From Candidatus Poribacteria bacterium (lineage in GTDB: Bacteria > Poribacteria > WGA-4E > PCPOR2b): a DNA stretch of 64,000 bases. A model generated the notes under the pieces. It was not told the origin of the DNA. It was given only the letters and a program-made list of their open reading frames with translations, and searched no databases. The stretch spans positions 3,744,001 to 3,808,000 of the forward strand of contig OZ240245.1 of assembly GCA_965198175.1 (NCBI GenBank), read 5' to 3'. Of this stretch, positions 60,265 to 64,000 are shown in pieces (position 1 is the first letter of the stretch; every line of letters begins with the position of its first letter). The position numbers and the translations under genes were made by a program.

Positions 60265-61314
60265 GTGCCTATAAAGTCACACGAAGAATTGAGAGAACTG
60301 GGTTCACGGATTCTGCAATCTGCGGGTGCGACTAATGAGGTCGCGGACCGGGTCGCCCGTCACCTCGCCGGATCAAACTTGGTTGGATTGGATTCCCACG
60401 GTATCATCCGTCTACCTGATTATGTCGCTTGGCTGCAGGAAGGTAAGATTGCGGGCGAAAACCGTATGGAAGTCATCAAGGACAAAGGTGCAACATGTTT
60501 GATTGATGCACACTTGTCGTTCGGTCAGATTGCGGCTTCGCAATCTGCGGATATAGCCGTGAAAAAGGCGCAGGCTTACGGAATAGGCTTCGTTTCGGTG
60601 AAGAATGCTTCCCACATCGGACGACTGGGAGAATATGTTGAAGACATTGCGTTACAGGGATTTATCGGTTTTCTCTGCAGTAACGCGGAGGGAGCGGGTC
60701 AACTCGTCGCCCCGTGGGGAGGCAAGGAAGCACGGATCGCTACCAATCCAATAGCGTGGGGGATTCCCAGCAGTAGAGCGTCAGGAAGCATGGTATTGGA
60801 CATGGCGACTAGCATCGTTCCCGAGGGGAAGATTCGCGTCAAAATGCGCAGGGACGAGGAGATTCCGAACGACTGGGTCCTCGACTCACAAGGACGACCG
60901 ACGACGAATCCGGCGGACCTTTACGGACCTCCGGTCGGGGCTATTCTGCCCTTCGGCGGGCACAAGGGTTACGGGTTGATGCTGGCGATAGAAGCGCTTT
61001 CTGGTGTGCTTAGTGGTGGGGGTCATGCTCGACCTGCAGTGGCGGATTCTTGGTTTACCCATGGCAGCACCTTTTCAATCATGGCAATCGAAGTTGAGTC
61101 CTTTCGTTCCCTAACTGAGTTTACCGACGATGTCGATGAAATGTTGTGCCATATGAAGAGTTCTCCCCCGGTAACTCCCGACGCTGAGGTTCTTGTTCCT
61201 TATGAAATAGAATCCAGAGAAAAAGCGCGAAGGCTGGCAAACGGGATAATGATAGAGGATACCACCTGGGATAAAGTCGCTCACATTGCTGGCACTGTGG
61301 GTGTATCCGTTTAA
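60265..61314 (+). CDS. Ldh_2-family (malate/L-lactate/sulfolactate dehydrogenase-like) oxidoreductase
   Basis: DSHG, HIGRLG, TNPIA, DMATS, GHKGYGL. Confidence 0.92.
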   Translation: MPIKSHEELRELGSRILQSAGATNEVADRVARHLAGSNLVGLDSHGIIRLPDYVAWLQEGKIAGENRMEVIKDKGATCLIDAHLSFGQIAASQSADIAVKKAQAYGIGFVSVKNASHIGRLGEYVEDIALQGFIGFLCSNAEGAGQLVAPWGGKEARIATNPIAWGIPSSRASGSMVLDMATSIVPEGKIRVKMRRDEEIPNDWVLDSQGRPTTNPADLYGPPVGAILPFGGHKGYGLMLAIEALSGVLSGGGHARPAVADSWFTHGSTFSIMAIEVESFRSLTEFTDDVDEMLCHMKSSPPVTPDAEVLVPYEIESREKARRLANGIMIEDTTWDKVAHIAGTVGVSV

Positions 61315-61471
61315 CATCAACTCAACTTACAACCTCGCGGGCTTCGGCGTCGTCACGACAAGAAAAGAAAGTCCTGCAGACGAAGCGCAGCTTTCCTACC
61401 TGCACGACCGATCCTGTAATACACGCATCAACGATTCTCGCACAGTCACCGATTCCATTATCGGCGATCAG

Positions 61472-62287
61472 CTAACGCAGCAAAAATCCAGATTGGCGAA
61501 CTTCAATCGGTTTTTTCCCCGCATGGTATTCGGTTTTCTGTCCACACAACCAGTAGAACAACTCAGCGGCGTCGTTAATTGTCCGATGGTGTTCTCGGTG
61601 AAAGCTTAGACCAGGAGGAGAAGACTTGGCATGTCTCAACTCGAAGGTCGGTTCTCGAACCCAGTCACGCGCCGGTGGTGCCGTTCGCGAGTATTCATAC
61701 TTCAGCAGGTTGCGAGTCCCGCACGCAGTGGAAACGGTACGGCGGTGCCAGATGCCCCAAATGGTGATGAAAATGGAGCCTGCGGGTGCCGCAGTGGACA
61801 CTGCTCCACGGATCCCGCAGTAATGCTGCATATGGGTTTGAGAGCAAAAGAGGAAGTGTGACCCTGGTAATACCTCTGTCGGTCCCATTTCCAATTGCGC
61901 GTCTTGCGGATAGTAGAATACCTGGAGCAGATCGAATTCGGGGCCGTACACCGCTGCCCCATCTCCGCCGCTGTCAAAATGCCATCCTCCCGCAGATGCA
62001 GGGCATTCCACTCGATGATTGTTCACCCCGCCCGGCAGGCGGAAGCTCTTGCCAAGAAAGGATCGGATGGCTCCTACTGCCCGCGGACAGCAAATGACAT
62101 TCTCAACAAACCAATCCTCTCGGAGAATCTCGCTCGGTGTGCCCGAGGGATGCGCGTCAAGAAACGCAAACGTATTGCGATTCACGTCTTCCGGCACGAC
62201 ACCCTTCAGCATCAGAAAACCCTTTTTGCAGAACTCTAGAACTTGGGTATCATTCAAAGTGGGTTCACAGTCATAGGTATGCTTCAT
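61472..62287 (-). CDS. PhyH-family Fe/2OG oxygenase
   Basis: WHFD, GPTEVLPGSH, WHRR; paralog of 56002-56838; start set at MKHTY. Confidence 0.85.
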   Translation of the reverse strand: MKHTYDCEPTLNDTQVLEFCKKGFLMLKGVVPEDVNRNTFAFLDAHPSGTPSEILREDWFVENVICCPRAVGAIRSFLGKSFRLPGGVNNHRVECPASAGGWHFDSGGDGAAVYGPEFDLLQVFYYPQDAQLEMGPTEVLPGSHFLFCSQTHMQHYCGIRGAVSTAAPAGSIFITIWGIWHRRTVSTACGTRNLLKYEYSRTAPPARDWVREPTFELRHAKSSPPGLSFHREHHRTINDAAELFYWLCGQKTEYHAGKKPIEVRQSGFLLR

Positions 62288-62488
62288 CGCGTTTTCCTCA
62301 ATCGTTCGATTATCGCACACCACATCAGGTGTATTACCAATAATTTCAGGCGTTTAAACCTGACCAAATCGCCAAGGCTTTACGCTTTATATCTCATTCA
62401 TTGCTGTCCAAAGAAAGGGGGTGAGTTTACGTTATTCGTACAGTTTTGAAATCAAAATGCAGATTGTAAGTTGCCTACCGTCAACTCG

Positions 62489-62786
62489 ATGTCACAGAAT
62501 ATCACGAAATTTCACACAATGTCACATAATGTGAGGTTGTGTGTGACATGCCATTTGACAGATACGACACCTGCGTTAGTTCGCTTGTCATGCGGTGTCT
62601 ACGAGTCATTGAGGTTGTCATAGGATTACTTTGATATCACACTATATCACATTCTGTGATGTGATGCGCCGCCCATAATTGGACTGTGCATAATTCGCTG
62701 AAGTCCGCTCACCACACAGGTTCTGAGGGTCGTGGTTTTTCTGAAACTTCGTCCGATGTCACAAAACCTCACAAAATATCACACAT
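62489..62786. repeat. Three clusters of 10-bp-periodic ATNTCACA-like repeats
   Basis: TCAC at 62492/62502/62512/62522, 62637/62647 and 62759/62769/62779; inverted GTGA copies at 62531, 62543, 62656 and 62661. Confidence 0.8.
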
Positions 62787-62906
62787 TTCGACTTAGTCGG
62801 TTTAGTAGATTAAGCACGTTGCCTAAATTTTGAAAAAAAAACGCGCACCATCTCCTTTGAAGGTGTTGGTCTCCCTCCAATAGAATATAGCACGCCGGTA
62901 TTATGT

Positions 62907-62935
62907 ATTATATCAACACGGATTAACGTTGTCAA
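62907..62935 (-). promoter_or_regulatory. Perfect-consensus sigma70 promoter
   Basis: Minus strand TTGACA-17 nt-TATAAT. Confidence 0.7.
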
Positions 62936-62987
62936 GGGTATTTTCGTTAGCAGTTAGGCGACTTCGTCCAGAATCATCGCAACAAAC

Positions 62988-63076
62988 TGTCTGAATCAGG
63001 ATTTGCAGGATTGATGTTGTCTGTTACCAGTCACAACACCGAAAATCATCCTATCTTGAGAATTTAGATTCAGACA
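62988..63076. repeat. REP-like inverted-repeat element
   Basis: TGTCTGAATC (62988-62997) ... GATTCAGACA (63067-63076) with internal AGGAT/ATCCT motifs. Confidence 0.55.
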
Positions 63077-63360
63077 ATTTGCATGCACATTCCGCCTCTC
63101 CTGCGCGATGGCACTTAATCGGACTTATGCGTGTGGTTGGGTGGCACTTTCGTAAGCAGAAACGCGCATCGCTGTGCTAGCCATTGGTCTTTTCGACAAC
63201 CCAAGTAAATGACATAACCTTTATTAATCATGGATTTTCTCATTTCCGCTTTAGTTTAAAGCCCCTCCCCCGCTAAAGCTTACCAGCCGTAGCTGAAATC
63301 ATCAGGTGCCTTCTTTTTTTTCGATTATCTTAAAATGGTGATAGACATATTGTCCCACTA

Positions 63361-64000
63361 TCACCTCCGCCGCCTCCGCTTAGGTCTGACGTTTGCTGCC
63401 AGCGGCACCATCATTTTTTCGTACAGACCGAGAAGGTGTTCGACGCGCTCACGGTCGGAGGAAAATGAAGAGCGCCGGTAGAGTTTATCGACAGCACCGT
63501 CCAAGGCGCGGTGTGCCCTGCGGAGATCGACAGGCATGAGATCGGGGGCGTAGAGATCCGCTAAGGTTGCGTCGGGATGGACAGCGCGGGCTGCGAGGAC
63601 AGCATCTGCGTAAGGTTCGAGGCGTTGCAGCCGTTCCGCGGGAACCTCGGGTACCGGGAACGTGTTGTACACGAGACCGATGGAGTAGCGATAGCGGCTC
63701 TCTAAGCGTCCCCCAATGTGCCTTAGCCAAGCCATGTGCATGGCAGAAGTGAGCAACGCGAATAGGTGTTTGTTGGCATTTTCGATGATACGGACAAGAT
63801 TACTCGGAATTACCGGCGGCTCCAGCCACCCGATCGGGATGTATTCCCGTCGTTCAGAACTCACCTCCGGTATAACCAAAAATGGCGCATCTGGCACGAC
63901 GTTGACATGATAGAGCGTCGGTGTCTCGGCAAGTGCTTGGGTGGGCTCGCTGTCGCTCGCCAACCGATAGGCGCGGACAGCGGCAATACGCTCACGGACC
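63361..64000 (-). CDS. C-terminal part of an MmeI-like (Type IIL) restriction-modification enzyme; runs off the window end
   Basis: VIPEVSSERREYIPIG, MHMAWLRHIGGRLESRYRYS, TLADLY..DLMP, AH..LD.AVD..Y; the frame stays open to 64000. Confidence 0.9.
   Translation of the reverse strand, partial: VRERIAAVRAYRLASDSEPTQALAETPTLYHVNVVPDAPFLVIPEVSSERREYIPIGWLEPPVIPSNLVRIIENANKHLFALLTSAMHMAWLRHIGGRLESRYRYSIGLVYNTFPVPEVPAERLQRLEPYADAVLAARAVHPDATLADLYAPDLMPVDLRRAHRALDGAVDKLYRRSSFSSDRERVEHLLGLYEKMMVPLAANVRPKRRRRR

Noticed and set aside
62489..62786. CRISPR array
   Set aside because: Units are 10 bp and degenerate, with no 25-45-bp repeats separated by spacers, and no cas genes are present.
514..63910. 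Many short antisense or overlapping ORFs in the track (e.g. 514-819, 47914-48603, 31907-32389)
   Set aside because: They are shadows of well-supported genes on the other strand or frame, with no motifs of their own.
1..64000. tRNA, rRNA or prophage genes
   Set aside because: No cloverleaf, rRNA-like segment, integrase or virion gene was recognised by eye; a tRNAscan/Infernal run would be needed to exclude small RNAs.

Overview
Bacterial chromosomal window. It is most consistent with Candidatus Poribacteria; this is an inference from the LamG, TolB-like and PhyH expansions, a FlgD-Ig-type C-terminal domain and the ankyrin/TPR/FG-GAP proteins. From left to right: (1) an F1Fo ATP synthase operon (atpZ-I-B-E-F-H ... 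atpA, minus strand) split by three secreted-protein genes and preceded by a putative Na+/H+ antiporter with a Rex-like operator; (2) cstA and a secreted AhpC/TSA selenoprotein (in-frame TGA, UxxC motif, SECIS-like hairpin) that the ORF track splits in two; (3) peptidoglycan-recycling genes (AmiE-like, NamZ, AnmK) interleaved with an ion-transport cassette (SLC12-like cotransporter, CASTOR/POLLUX-like pseudogene, MscS); (4) an AT-rich defence island (HEPN pseudogene, fused R-M-S gene interrupted by an 818-bp IS5-family element, PIN-like and DUF4145-like genes); (5) CotH-kinase/ankyrin, NMNAT, TPR-transglutaminase, frameshifted TPR and ASPIC/UnbV genes; (6) five tandem LamG genes; (7) an iolD-led catabolic cluster with unusual partners; (8) PhyH and Ldh_2 genes, non-coding repeat structures and the 3' end of an MmeI-like RM gene. 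The best candidate for an undescribed system is a fixed-spacing C-terminal motif, V-x9-W-[GA]-x-[IL]-K, shared by seven secreted proteins of two unrelated folds, which may be a sorting signal. No rRNA, tRNA or CRISPR array was recognised. All family assignments come from motif recognition by eye; no database search was run.
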